Positions 29,018 through 39,205 of a DNA stretch of 64,000 nucleotides are shown piece after piece. The stretch covers positions 197,281-261,280 of the forward strand of contig CAWAPG010000007.1 of the NCBI GenBank assembly GCA_963783905.1, given 5' to 3'. A program made the position numbers and the translations under genes. Position 1 is the stretch's first letter. Every line of letters begins with the position of its first letter. The stretch is from an uncultured delta proteobacterium (lineage in GTDB: Bacteria > Desulfobacterota > Desulfobulbia > Desulfobulbales > BM004). The notes beneath the pieces were generated by a model. It saw nothing but the letters and a program-made list of their open reading frames with translations. It searched no databases and was not told the DNA's origin.

Positions 29018-30958
29018 ATGCATCTAAAAAATAAATCTGTTCCTGCCTCGGCCGTTAGCATCCCTGTTGCAGAGTCTGCCCCCTGCGAAACTGCAGAAAT
29101 CTCCCGGTATAAAGATGGCGCGGATTGTCCGTCAATAGACTTTACCTCTCCAGAATTCAATGTGATGGACGATCTGGACGACAATACCGGCAACTACCGG
29201 AATTTCCAGAAGCTTGACAACATTGTGACCGCGGATATGCGCCATCAGGAAAAACGAAAGCATTTGAAATCCACCCAGGACAAAACCGGCAAGGCCCCGC
29301 TGCAGGATAATTTGACCGAACCTTCCGGCGGCAGAGAAGAGGAAAACCGGTATGACATCTCCCCGATAACGTTAACCTCCAGAGGAAGAACCCTGATTAT
29401 CGACACGGATCCGGATCGGGCCCTGGGCTGCAGCAAACTTTTGATAGAGCACGGCCTGACGTGCACCATCTTCCTGGTAACAGACGATGCCGAAAATATC
29501 CCGGCGCCACGGACCGGTGAACTGCCGTACATGCGGGCCGCTTCTGTAACCGTCCGCGGGGGCTTCGGCGGATTTACGGCCATGATAGGCGGCAGCGGTT
29601 CCCAGAGAGAGGCGGACCCGATGGATGATAATAAAAAACTAGCCTTTGATCTGGTTCTTGATCTGCAGGCAACACCCTCCTTTGCCGGGCAGCAGCTGCC
29701 GCTCGGGTACTATACCCCGGGTGATGACAGGACGCCGCTCGATGAAGCGCTTGCGGAACTACCCGAAATGAAAGGGGTTTTTGCCAAACCTCGGTTCACC
29801 GTTTTTCTGCAGGAAAACTGTCTTTACGGCCGGTCCCGGACCCATGCCTGTCAGCAATGTATGCACGCCTGCCCGATGGGAGCTGTAAGGCTTGAGAGAG
29901 GGACAATTTACCTTGACCCCTATCTCTGCCAGGGATGCGGCAGTTGCGCCCTGGTCTGTCCTGCCGATGCAATTCACATGCTTAACCCGGCCCGGGAAGA
30001 ACTGCTGACCGGGATCAGGGATCTCCTGGCGGAGCATGCGGCAGCGACGGATTCTCCTCCGGTTCTGGTTCTACACGGGGAAGGGATGCATTCCGAAGAA
30101 CTGTTTGCCATCCAAGGCAGCCAGGACGGCACCCGTCTCCTCTTTTTCGCGGTGCAGGAAATCGGCCGTATCGGCTCGGAGACCATGCTGGCGGCTCTGG
30201 CATATGGCGCCGGCGCCGTTGTAGTGGCTTGCGGCCGGGGCCTCGCTCCGGAGATCGTGCAGGCACTGGAGCAGCAGAGACGGATTGGCGCTGCGGTTCT
30301 GCAGGGCCTGAAGATGCCCGAAGACAGAATCAGTCTTTTTGTCCTACCCTCCGGGGCAAATGATGCGGAAAAAACCGGGCCCCGTGTCCCATTCAGCGAG
30401 ACACGGGCTGCTGTGTTGTCGGCATCGCCCGCTCCCCTTTCCCCGGACAATGACCGGCGAGCTCTGACCCGCCTGGCAGTGCAGCATCTTGCCGGATTAT
30501 CCTCAGAATCCCCGGCATCTGTTTCTTTGCCGGATGACGCACCGTTCGGCACCGTTGTCCTGGAGGAGGCATGCACCCTGTGCATGGCCTGCGCCGGGGC
30601 CTGTCCGACCGGGGCCTTAACTGCGGGCGGCGACCTGCCGCGGCTTTACTTCGCTGAAAACCTCTGTCATCAATGCGGCCTGTGCCTGGAAGTATGTCCG
30701 GAAGCTGCGGTGCAGCTCCGGCCCCGGCTGCTCTGCACCGGTGATGACCACGGTCCGCCGATCGTCCTGCAGGAAACCGAACCCGTCAGCTGCATCGAGT
30801 GCGGCGCTCCTTTTGCCTCCCGGGCCATGATTGACCGCCTGCAGGATAAACTGGCCGGTCACTGGATGTACAGGAACGACCGGCAGCTGCGCCGACTGCG
30901 CATGTGCCGTACCTGCAGCACTCGTGATGCACTTCTGGCAAAGGACTTCAAATCATGA
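29018..30958 (+). CDS. Large 4Fe-4S ferredoxin-domain protein of the formate dehydrogenase region
   Basis: Two pairs of CxxCxxCxxxCP motifs (CQQCMHACP/CQGCGSCALVCP and CTLCMACAGACP/CHQCGLCLEVCP) and a C-terminal Cys cluster. The stop overlaps the TorD-like gene start. The start is uncertain (29018, 29165 or 29237; track ORF from 28817). Confidence 0.75.
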   Translation: MHLKNKSVPASAVSIPVAESAPCETAEISRYKDGADCPSIDFTSPEFNVMDDLDDNTGNYRNFQKLDNIVTADMRHQEKRKHLKSTQDKTGKAPLQDNLTEPSGGREEENRYDISPITLTSRGRTLIIDTDPDRALGCSKLLIEHGLTCTIFLVTDDAENIPAPRTGELPYMRAASVTVRGGFGGFTAMIGGSGSQREADPMDDNKKLAFDLVLDLQATPSFAGQQLPLGYYTPGDDRTPLDEALAELPEMKGVFAKPRFTVFLQENCLYGRSRTHACQQCMHACPMGAVRLERGTIYLDPYLCQGCGSCALVCPADAIHMLNPAREELLTGIRDLLAEHAAATDSPPVLVLHGEGMHSEELFAIQGSQDGTRLLFFAVQEIGRIGSETMLAALAYGAGAVVVACGRGLAPEIVQALEQQRRIGAAVLQGLKMPEDRISLFVLPSGANDAEKTGPRVPFSETRAAVLSASPAPLSPDNDRRALTRLAVQHLAGLSSESPASVSLPDDAPFGTVVLEEACTLCMACAGACPTGALTAGGDLPRLYFAENLCHQCGLCLEVCPEAAVQLRPRLLCTGDDHGPPIVLQETEPVSCIECGAPFASRAMIDRLQDKLAGHWMYRNDRQLRRLRMCRTCSTRDALLAKDFKS

Positions 30959-31629
30959 AAAAAGCATCCGCCGGTCTGAATCCGCCCGCATGGTTTACGC
31001 CCTATGCAGAAATCCGCACGGACAGCTATGTGCTGCTTGCCGCTCTCCTGAACGCATCACCGTCCCCGGAATTGCTCGAACTGCTGCGGAACCTCCATTG
31101 GAATAAAAATATTCCGCAGAAGTTGCAGGCGACATTAGCGGATCTCACCCGGGCCGGCAGCAGCTGCCCGGCACCGGTCATCAGCCATGAATTTAGTCGT
31201 CTCTTCGTAGGGTTGGGTCAAGGGGAACTCGTTCCGTACAGCTCATGGTACCAGGAAAAAATGATCCAGTCCCGACAGCTGGCCGCCATACGCTCCGATC
31301 TCAGGAAACTGGACATCGTGCGGCAATCAAGCACCGGCGAACCTGAAGATCATGCCGGGGCCCTCTGCGAGATCATGGCCCTAATAACCCAGGGGGAAAA
31401 TGATATCACCTACCAGGAACAGGTGCATTTCTTCGACCGCCATATTTTTTCGTGGATGCAGGACTTTTTCCGGGACCTGCAGTCCGTGCAGAATGCTCTA
31501 TTCTACCCGGCGGTCGGCAGGTTCGGCAGCTGTTTTCTGGAAGCGGAGCGTGAGTATCTCCAGGACAGTCCCAATTATCTCTATATTTTCAATCAGGGAG
31601 GAATACAAAATGACAGCACAGTTTTCTGA
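30955..31629 (+). CDS. TorD/DmsD-family redox enzyme maturation chaperone
   Basis: 224 aa with the EPEDHAGALCEIMALI motif typical of the TorD family. It sits upstream of the Tat-exported FdhA. Confidence 0.8.
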   Translation: MKKASAGLNPPAWFTPYAEIRTDSYVLLAALLNASPSPELLELLRNLHWNKNIPQKLQATLADLTRAGSSCPAPVISHEFSRLFVGLGQGELVPYSSWYQEKMIQSRQLAAIRSDLRKLDIVRQSSTGEPEDHAGALCEIMALITQGENDITYQEQVHFFDRHIFSWMQDFFRDLQSVQNALFYPAVGRFGSCFLEAEREYLQDSPNYLYIFNQGGIQNDSTVF

Positions 31630-31807
31630 CAACCGGCGATCTTTTCTGAAAATGGCGGTGCTTCTCGGCACCACTACCGTTGGCCTTGCCCTCGCGGGAA
31701 AAGGCAGGACGGAACAGGAACATCCGTTGACCCGGAAGGAAAAACTCGGTCCGGGTTACAGAGAGACCGAGCATATAAAAAAATACTATAAGTCAGCAAG
31801 GATCTGA
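31610..31807 (+). CDS. Formate dehydrogenase region TAT-target small protein
   Basis: 65 aa with GGGAGG upstream and the twin-arginine signal NRRSFLK. The C-terminal YRETEHIKKYY fits the family motif Y-[HRK]-x-[TS]-x-H-[IV]-x-x-[YF]-Y that I recall for TIGR02811. Confidence 0.85.
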   Translation: MTAQFSDNRRSFLKMAVLLGTTTVGLALAGKGRTEQEHPLTRKEKLGPGYRETEHIKKYYKSARI

Positions 31808-32005
31808 TGATGATGCCAAAACCGTCGCCTGCAGACTTCAGGCTAGCTGTCTTTTCAGCCAGGCCTGCTGTTCAAAGACGCAACATTCCACAAAATGTCC
31901 GCGTCCGGCATCGCACGGTTTTAGTCCGGCAATCACTCAATTCGATTGTCATGACCCCAGCGGCATCCACAAGGATAAACCATATGCAGATAAGGAGTGG
32001 CGCAC

Positions 32006-34894
32006 ATGAAAGAGTTCAATAAGAAATGGCTGCAGCGGATCTCAACGGAACCGGCACCCCAAAACGGTATGGACCGCAGGACCTTTTTGCACCGCAGCGG
32101 TGTCGTGCTGGGCAGCGGGACCTTAATGGGGCTTTTGCCGTTATCCCTGGTGCGGCGTGCATCAGCGGCGGAAAAAGAAAATATTCCGAAACCGGATGTA
32201 CCGACAGAGTATCGTCGGTCGGTCTGCACGCACTGCGCGGTAGGATGCGGTGTTATCGCCGAAATCCAGAACGGGGTATGGACCGGACAGGAACCCGACT
32301 TTGAATCGCCGATTAACCTCGGCTCTCATTGCACAAAGGGGGCATCGGTGCGAAATCACGGCTTCGGCCTTCGCCGTCTGAAGTACCCGATGAAGCTGGA
32401 GAACGGTGCCTGGAAAAGACTTTCCTGGGAGCAGGCAATTGACGAAATCGGCGACCGCCTGCTGAAGATCCGCAAGGAATCGGGGCCTGATGCGGTTTTC
32501 TGGTGCGGCTCCTCAAAGGCAAGCAATGAAGGTTCCTATCTGCAGCGGAAATTCGCCGCCTTCTGGGGCAGCAACAATATCGACCACCAGGCGCGCATCT
32601 GCCACTCCACTACGGTGGCCGGGGTTGCCAGCACCTGGGGCTACGGCGCCATGACCAATTCCTACAACGACATGCACAATAGTAAATCCATGCTCTTTGT
32701 CGGCAGCAATGCCGCCGAGGCTCACCCGGTGGCCATGCAGCACATTCTGCGCGGCAAGGAAAACGGCGCCAGGATGATCGTGGTGGATCCCCGGTTCACC
32801 AGGACGGCGGCCCACGCTGATATCTACGGACGCCTGCGGCCCGGCACCGATGTACCTTTTATCTACGGACTACTCTGGCATATTTTCCAGAACGGCTGGG
32901 AGGACAAGGAGTATGTCGCCAGCCGTGTATGGTCCATGGATGACATCCGCCGGGAGGCTGAAAAATGGCCCCCCGATGTGGTGGAGAATGTCACCGGCAT
33001 GGACCGGGACACGGTATATAAAATCGCCAAAACCATGGCCGAGAACCGTCCCGGCACCATCGTCTGGTGCATGGGCGGCACCCAGCATCACATCGGCAAC
33101 AATATAACCAGGATTTTCTGTGTCCTGCAGCTTGCCCTGGGCAATGTCGGCAAAAGCGGCGGCGGTGCCAATATCTTCCGCGGCCACGATAATGTTCAGG
33201 GCGCGACCGATGTCGGGCCCAACAGCCACACCCTGCCCGGTTATTACGGGCTCTCTGAAGGCGCCTGGAAGCACTGGGCCCGGGTCTGGGATGTGGATTA
33301 TGAATGGCTGAAATCCCGTTTTGATATGAACAGCAAGTACGACGCCGGCAACGGCAAAATGGAATATACCATGAACATCCCCGGCATTCCCGTGTCGCGC
33401 TGGATCGACGGGGTGCTCGAGGACAAGGCGAACATGTCGCAGAGGGACAATTTCCGCGCCGTTTTTTTCCAGGGCCACGCCTGCAACAGCCAGACCCGCG
33501 GCACCGAAATGAAAACCGCCCTGGAAAAACTGGAAATGGTCGTCATCTCCGATCCCTATCCGACCCATATGGCGGTGATGAGCGAACGGCAGAATGACAC
33601 CTATCTCCTGCCCACCTGCACCCAGTTCGAGACCTACGGTTCGGTCACGGCCTCCAATCGTTCCCTGCAGTGGCGGGAGAGAGTTATAGCGCCTCTTTAT
33701 GAGGCGCTGCCCGATCATACCATCCTTTATAAGATGGCCAAAAAACTCGGTTTCGCCGACCAGCTGTTCATGAATATCAAGGTCACCAATGATGAGCCGC
33801 TGATTGAGGACATTCTGCGGGAGATCAACCGCGGTACCTGGACCATCGGCTACACGGGGCAGAGCCCGGAAAGACTGAAATTGCAGGCCGAAAACCGGAA
33901 AACCTTCAATACTACAACCCTGAAGGCCGAAGGCGGACCCTGCGACGGTGAATATTACGGACTGCCCTGGCCCTGCTGGGGAAATCCCGAACTGAAGCAC
34001 CCGGGCACTCCCATATTGTACGATCCCAGCAAACCGGTGGCCGAGGGCGGCCTGACTTTCAGGGCCCGTTTCGGCACCGAGCGTAATGGCGAGAACCTGC
34101 TGGCCGAGGGCGTCTATTCGGTTGGTTCGGAAATCAAGGACGGTTACCCGGAATTTACCGCTGCGCTGCTGCAAAAGCTGGACTGGTGGAACGACCTGAC
34201 CGCATCGGAGAAAAAGGAGGCGGAGGGGCGCAACTGGAAAACGGATCTTTCCGGCGGTATCCAGCGGGTGGCCATCAAGCACGGCTGCGCGCCATTCGGC
34301 AATGCCAAGGCCCGCTGCAAGGTCTGGGAATACCCGGACCCGGTTCCAATCCATCGCGAGCCCCTTTATACCCCCCGCTTTGACCTGGTGCAAAAATATC
34401 CCACCTATGAAGACCGCAAAGCCTTCTGGCGCCTGCCAACCCGCTATCAGTCTATCCAGTCGAAGGACCACAGCGGCAAGTACCCGCTGGTGTTCACCAG
34501 CGGCCGCCTGGTTGAATACGAGGGGGGTGGCGCTGAGACACGATCCAATTCATGGCTGGCCAAGCTGCAGCCCGAGATGTTCGCGGAAATCAACCCGAAG
34601 GACGCCAATGATGCCGGTATTTCAAACTGGCAGTATATATGGCTTGAGGGCGCGGAAGGCGGGCGGATCAAGGTGCGGGCCATGATCACTCCGCGGGTGG
34701 GACCGGGCGTGGTTTGGACCCCGTTTCATTTTGGCGGCTGGTTCCAGGGCAAGGATCTCTATGACCGTTACCCCGAAGGAACAGCGCCGCTTGTCCGGGG
34801 AGAGGCGTGCAACACCGCCACAACCTATGGCTACGATTCAGTAACCCAGATGCAGGAAACCAAAGCCACGCTGTGCCGTATATCGCCGGCGTAA
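32006..34894 (+). CDS. fdhA: Formate dehydrogenase catalytic (molybdopterin) subunit, Cys-type
   Basis: Tat signal DRRTFL and FeS motif CTHCAVGCG...C. The active-site region HQARICHSTT has Cys where selenoenzymes have U, and there is no in-frame TGA. ATG 32006 with AAGGAG is preferred. Confidence 0.92.
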   Translation: MKEFNKKWLQRISTEPAPQNGMDRRTFLHRSGVVLGSGTLMGLLPLSLVRRASAAEKENIPKPDVPTEYRRSVCTHCAVGCGVIAEIQNGVWTGQEPDFESPINLGSHCTKGASVRNHGFGLRRLKYPMKLENGAWKRLSWEQAIDEIGDRLLKIRKESGPDAVFWCGSSKASNEGSYLQRKFAAFWGSNNIDHQARICHSTTVAGVASTWGYGAMTNSYNDMHNSKSMLFVGSNAAEAHPVAMQHILRGKENGARMIVVDPRFTRTAAHADIYGRLRPGTDVPFIYGLLWHIFQNGWEDKEYVASRVWSMDDIRREAEKWPPDVVENVTGMDRDTVYKIAKTMAENRPGTIVWCMGGTQHHIGNNITRIFCVLQLALGNVGKSGGGANIFRGHDNVQGATDVGPNSHTLPGYYGLSEGAWKHWARVWDVDYEWLKSRFDMNSKYDAGNGKMEYTMNIPGIPVSRWIDGVLEDKANMSQRDNFRAVFFQGHACNSQTRGTEMKTALEKLEMVVISDPYPTHMAVMSERQNDTYLLPTCTQFETYGSVTASNRSLQWRERVIAPLYEALPDHTILYKMAKKLGFADQLFMNIKVTNDEPLIEDILREINRGTWTIGYTGQSPERLKLQAENRKTFNTTTLKAEGGPCDGEYYGLPWPCWGNPELKHPGTPILYDPSKPVAEGGLTFRARFGTERNGENLLAEGVYSVGSEIKDGYPEFTAALLQKLDWWNDLTASEKKEAEGRNWKTDLSGGIQRVAIKHGCAPFGNAKARCKVWEYPDPVPIHREPLYTPRFDLVQKYPTYEDRKAFWRLPTRYQSIQSKDHSGKYPLVFTSGRLVEYEGGGAETRSNSWLAKLQPEMFAEINPKDANDAGISNWQYIWLEGAEGGRIKVRAMITPRVGPGVVWTPFHFGGWFQGKDLYDRYPEGTAPLVRGEACNTATTYGYDSVTQMQETKATLCRISPA

Positions 34895-34908
34895 TAAGGA
34901 GACAAACC

Positions 34909-35508
34909 ATGGCACGAATGAAATTTCTCTGTGACACCGAACGGTGCATTGAATGTAATGGCTGTGTTACGGCCTGCAACAACGAACATGATGTTCCACA
35001 GGGCATCAACCGGAGGCATGTTGTAACCTTAAAAGACGGTGAAGCCGGCGAAAAGTCTATTTCGGTGGCCTGCATGCACTGCACTGATGCGCCGTGCGCC
35101 GCCGTCTGCCCAGTCGACTGCTTTTACACCACCCCGGATGGCATTGTCCTGCATGACAAGGACCTGTGCATCGGCTGCGGTTACTGCTTTTACGCCTGCC
35201 CGTTCGGCGCCCCGCAGTTTCCGGAAAAGCATGCCTTTGGCGCCCGCAGCAAGATGGACAAGTGCACTTTCTGCGCCGGCGGACCGCCGCCGGACAATTC
35301 GGTGGAGGAATACCAGAAATACGGCCGCAACCGCATAGCTGAAGGCAAGCTGCCGCTGTGCGCAGAAATGTGCGCCACCAAGGCCCTGCTGGCCGGCGAC
35401 GGCACTGTTGTATCCGACATCTACCTTGAACGTGTTTTCAAGCGCAGCGGCCGGCCCGATATCTGGGGATGGGATACCGCGTATAATTTTAAAGACAGCA
35501 AGGAGTAA
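34909..35508 (+). CDS. fdhB: Formate dehydrogenase iron-sulfur subunit
   Basis: Four Cys clusters (CIECNGCVTAC, CMHCTDAPCAAVCP, CIGCGYCFYACP, CTFC...C..MC). AAGGAG lies upstream of ATG 34909. Confidence 0.9.
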   Translation: MARMKFLCDTERCIECNGCVTACNNEHDVPQGINRRHVVTLKDGEAGEKSISVACMHCTDAPCAAVCPVDCFYTTPDGIVLHDKDLCIGCGYCFYACPFGAPQFPEKHAFGARSKMDKCTFCAGGPPPDNSVEEYQKYGRNRIAEGKLPLCAEMCATKALLAGDGTVVSDIYLERVFKRSGRPDIWGWDTAYNFKDSKE

Positions 35509-35512
35509 CACC

Positions 35513-35701
35513 ATGAAAATAAAACTGTGTATCCTGGCTGCCATTCTTATGCTTACAGGATTGACGGCCTGCACTGACGAGTCGCGTGATTTTACCATGC
35601 ACGAACCCGGGGTCTACAAGGGCACCAAAGATCCCCTGCTTGCCAAGAAGGAGCACCAGGAACTGGTCAAGCGTTTCAAAATGGTGCAAACCGACCGCTG
35701 A
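35513..35701 (+). CDS. Small lipoprotein inserted between fdhB and fdhC
   Basis: 62 aa with AGGAG upstream and a signal peptide carrying lipobox LTAC. It is tightly packed between neighbouring genes. No family recognised. Confidence 0.5.
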   Translation: MKIKLCILAAILMLTGLTACTDESRDFTMHEPGVYKGTKDPLLAKKEHQELVKRFKMVQTDR

Positions 35702-35713
35702 AGGAGGACGGGT

Positions 35714-36679
35714 ATGACAATGCAAAACAAAAATCGCCTGTTCGTGTACCTGACCATAAGTACAGTATTTCTTCTCCTGCTGGGCGGGTTTCTATACCTG
35801 CAGGCGGCAGGGGTGGATACGGATAATCCACGGGCCAATTTCTGGCGCGTGGTTCGCCACGGTGTACCGGGTTATACTGCCGTATCATCGGAAGGACATA
35901 AGGTCCTGATTCAGAACGGTGGTGAGAATTGGCGCGAAATCCGCAATATTCTCATTATCCAATATACACCCTGGATTCTGGGGCTGGCCCTGGCCGGCAT
36001 GGGTCTATTTTACCTGATTGTTGGCACCGACAAACTCAAAAAACCCCGATCCGGCGACAGGATCAAACGCTTCAGTCTCGGCGAGCGGCTGCTGCACTGG
36101 TACACCGCTCTGCTGTTTATCCTCATGGCCTTGACCGGACTGAGCATGCTCCTGGGAAGGGTGGCCCTCATCCCCATTTTCGGGCATGAGGCGGTTGCCG
36201 GCTATCTCAGCGGCACAAAGGTGCTGCACAACTACGGCGGCCCGCTGTTTCTGGCAGGAGTTTTTCTGGAGTTCGTCATCTGGGTGCGCTACAACATTCC
36301 CAAGAAGATGGACCTGGAATGGTTCAAGACCATGGGAGGCATGATCGGCAACGGCCCGCGGCCCCACTCCGGCAAAATAAACGGCGGTGAGAAGGCCTGG
36401 TTCTGGCTGATGTTTGTTTTCGGGATCGGCGTGGGTATAACCGGGGTTCTTCTGGATTTTCCCATCTGGGACCAGACTCGTTTCACCATGCAGGTTGCCT
36501 ACGTAATCCATGCCACGGTGGCGGTGCTGTTCGTCACCGCTTCCTTTGGCCACATTTACATGGGAACCCTGGGGGCTGAAGGCGCATTTGAGGGAATGTG
36601 GCGGGGAACCGTCGACAAAGTCTGGGCACAGCAGCATGCGGACCGCTGGTATGAACAACTACCGGCTGAAAAAAAATAA
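35714..36679 (+). CDS. fdhC: Formate dehydrogenase gamma (cytochrome b) subunit
   Basis: 321 aa with an N-terminal periplasmic extension followed by a 4-TM cytochrome b with the RFSLGERLLHW and HxxxxH patterns of the FdnI/FdoI family. Confidence 0.85.
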   Translation: MTMQNKNRLFVYLTISTVFLLLLGGFLYLQAAGVDTDNPRANFWRVVRHGVPGYTAVSSEGHKVLIQNGGENWREIRNILIIQYTPWILGLALAGMGLFYLIVGTDKLKKPRSGDRIKRFSLGERLLHWYTALLFILMALTGLSMLLGRVALIPIFGHEAVAGYLSGTKVLHNYGGPLFLAGVFLEFVIWVRYNIPKKMDLEWFKTMGGMIGNGPRPHSGKINGGEKAWFWLMFVFGIGVGITGVLLDFPIWDQTRFTMQVAYVIHATVAVLFVTASFGHIYMGTLGAEGAFEGMWRGTVDKVWAQQHADRWYEQLPAEKK

Positions 36680-36783
36680 GACGCAAATTTTAATCCCCGG
36701 CATAGCAAGAAAAATCACGCACGGCGGTTTTTGAAAAGTGATGAAACGGATGGTGTACTGTTGTATGTTTCAGCTAACAGGAG

Positions 36784-38040
36784 ATGATAATGAAACCAAT
36801 CCAACAGCAATTTACCGTACGGTATTCGTTTCCGGTCCTTTTTTCCCGTGACGTCTTTAATCCTGCCAACCCCCTGCTGGCCGATTTTTTACGCAAAGCG
36901 GGCGCCAAACGACACCGGATTCTGGTATTCATCGATTCCGGAGTGGTTGCCAGTTGTCCTGAATTCAGTCTCCAGGTTGAACGCTATGCCGGAATCCACA
37001 GCCATATCATGGACCTAACCGCAGCCCCGGTCATCATGGCGGGCGGCGAACAGTGCAAAAACGAGCCGTCGGCCCTGGAGCTGGTTCAGGGCCTGATCGG
37101 GAAAAATCATCTGTGCCGGCAGTCTTTTGTCCTTGCCATCGGCGGCGGCGCCCTGCTCGATGTGGTGGGATACGGCACGGCAACCGCCCACCGGGGCGTG
37201 CGCCTCATCCGCATGCCGACAACCGTCCTTGCCCAGAACGACGCCGGCGTGGGGGTTAAAAACGGCATCAACGGCCTGGGGCGGAAAAACTTTCTCGGCA
37301 CCTTTGCCCCGCCCGCAGCGGTTATCAACGATTTTGACTTTCTTAAAACCCTGCCGGACCGTGATTTGCGGGCCGGGATCGTCGAGGCGGTTAAAGTCGC
37401 TTTGATAAAGGATGCTGACTTTTTCGATACCCTGTGCAGCGAACGGCATCGTCTTGCGGCCTTTGCCGGGGATGCCATGGAAAACATGATTTACCGCTGC
37501 GCTGCACTCCATATTGATCATATCGGCACTCAGGGAGATCCCTTTGAGACGGGTTCGAGCCGGCCCCTCGATTTCGGGCACTGGTCAGCCCATAAACTTG
37601 AGGAAATGACAGGAAATGAAATCAACCACGGAGAGGCAGTAGCCATAGGCATAGCCCTTGACTCTTACTATTCCCGGCAGTGCGGCATGCTAACCCTGGA
37701 CGAGCTTGAAAGCATTCTGACCCTGCTGGATGACCTGCATCTGCAGCTGTTCCATCCCGCCCTCTGTAAAATGGATATCGGCGAAGCCCTCCGGGACTTT
37801 CAGGAACATTTAGGGGGAGATCTCACCATAACATTACTGGGAGGCATCGGCGGCACGGTTGAAGTGCATGACATAAATACCGTCCTCATGCAGCGCTGCA
37901 TCGCCATGCTGGCCGAGCGGTGGCAGAAACGGTATCAGCGCTGGAAGAATCGCAGCCCCGCACCCCGCCGGTTGACTCTGAAGACAGCCGGCAGCAAAAC
38001 CATTTCTGCACCGGTGGTTATAGGCCTCGGATCCAGATAA
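36784..38040 (+). CDS. 3-dehydroquinate-synthase-like sugar phosphate cyclase (EboD-like)
   Basis: DHQS-fold motifs (AIGGGALLDVVGY, RMPTTVLAQNDAGVGVKNGIN). The canonical DHQS NxGHTxGHA is replaced by DFGHWSAHKLE. The gene is directly coupled (TAATG) to the EboE-like gene. Confidence 0.75.
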   Translation: MIMKPIQQQFTVRYSFPVLFSRDVFNPANPLLADFLRKAGAKRHRILVFIDSGVVASCPEFSLQVERYAGIHSHIMDLTAAPVIMAGGEQCKNEPSALELVQGLIGKNHLCRQSFVLAIGGGALLDVVGYGTATAHRGVRLIRMPTTVLAQNDAGVGVKNGINGLGRKNFLGTFAPPAAVINDFDFLKTLPDRDLRAGIVEAVKVALIKDADFFDTLCSERHRLAAFAGDAMENMIYRCAALHIDHIGTQGDPFETGSSRPLDFGHWSAHKLEEMTGNEINHGEAVAIGIALDSYYSRQCGMLTLDELESILTLLDDLHLQLFHPALCKMDIGEALRDFQEHLGGDLTITLLGGIGGTVEVHDINTVLMQRCIAMLAERWQKRYQRWKNRSPAPRRLTLKTAGSKTISAPVVIGLGSR

Positions 38041-39175
38041 TGCTAACTTACTGTACAAATATCCATCCGGCCGAATCCTGGATTGATACCTTTGCCAATA
38101 TCCGGAGTTATGTGCCGGAAGTAAAAAAAAGATTGCTCCGGATGATCCGTTCCCGATCGGCCTGCGGCTTTCCGGCCGGGCCGCTTTTGAGCTGGATATG
38201 AATGGAGCGGAACGCTTTCGGGCATGGTGCCAAAATAACGACTGCTACGTTGCCACTATAAACGGTTTTCCCTACGGAACCTTTCATCATGTGCCGGTCA
38301 AGGAAAAGGTATACCAGCCGGACTGGCGTCATCCGGAACGGCTGCACTATACTCAGAAGCTGATTCGTCTCTTGGCGTTCTGGCTGCCGGACAATATGCG
38401 GGGATCGATTTCCACGGTGCCGGTGGGATTTAAGGAGTGCATCGGCCCGGACGATGGAGCAGCGGTCAGGAGCCATCTCCTGGCCGCCCTTGAATTCCTG
38501 GAGCACACCGCCCAGACAACGGGCAAAGAAATTCTTCTGGCCATGGAACCTGAGCCGGCCTGTGTTCTGGAAACAACCGATGATGTAGTGCATTTTTTTA
38601 CAAACCTGGACCTGCCCGAAGCCTTGCGACCTTTTCTTGCGGTTTGCTATGACTGCTGCCATCAGGCCCTGCAGTTTGAATCCCCGCGGCACTCCCTGGA
38701 ACTGCTGACAGCAAATGATATCAGGATCGGGCATGTCCAGGTTTCTTCAGCCCTGCGGCTGGAGAATTCCGACATCAGGATCATGCAGCGCTTCTGTGAA
38801 CCCTGCTATCTGCACCAGACGGTGGGCCGCCGCCGGGATGGCACCCTGCTGCGGTTTCATGATCTGGAGCCGGCGCTCTCGGCAGCACCGGCCGATATTG
38901 ATGAATGGCGCATCCATTTTCATATCCCGGTCTTTGTTGATCAGCTGTCCGATGGCGCAAGCACCCAGCCCTTTCTCCGGGAAATCCTGCCGCTCTTCGA
39001 CCCCGATATCCCGCTTGAGGTGGAAACGTATACCTGGACGGTTCTGCCGCCGGATCTGCAGACAACAACGGTAACCGAATCGATCATCCGCGAAATCGGC
39101 TGGGTGCAGGAACACAGACCCCTCTCCATAATGAAGACACTACAAAAATATCCTGCTTGCCATCTCTTAATTTGA
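38040..39175 (+). pseudogene. EboE-like xylose-isomerase-fold TIM-barrel protein, interrupted by a 1-nt frameshift in an A8 run (38123-38130)
   Basis: The N-terminus MLTYCTNIHPAESW... is in one frame (38040-38201). The rest (APDDPFPIGLRLSGRAAFEL... to 39175) is in the -1 frame, open from 38087. Joining the two at the A-run gives a continuous ~378-aa protein. Confidence 0.7.
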
Positions 39176-39205
39176 AATGATGCTCTAAAATTGGAGGAGA
39201 CCGAC

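Noticed and set aside
28543-29193. 216-aa minus-strand ORF and the 28817 start of the plus-strand ORF in the fbp/fdh intergenic region
   Set aside because: Neither has an RBS. Composition is odd, and both overlap each other and the likely promoter region. The conserved part of the FeS protein begins much later (about 29390).
32870-34471. 533-aa ORF on the minus strand, with similar long antisense ORFs at 362-955, 16631-17392, 22509-23336, 24198-24740, 29974-30585, 36005-36658 and 56562-57299
   Set aside because: All lie antisense or out of frame inside genes with unmistakable family motifs (fdhA, MFS, cyoBCD, ccoI and others). They have Arg/Pro/Gly-rich low-complexity composition typical of non-coding frames in GC-rich DNA. 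None has a convincing RBS.
32006-34894. Possible selenocysteine in FdhA
   Set aside because: The ORF is uninterrupted. The active-site position reads Cys (ARICHSTT), there is no in-frame TGA and hence no SECIS is needed.
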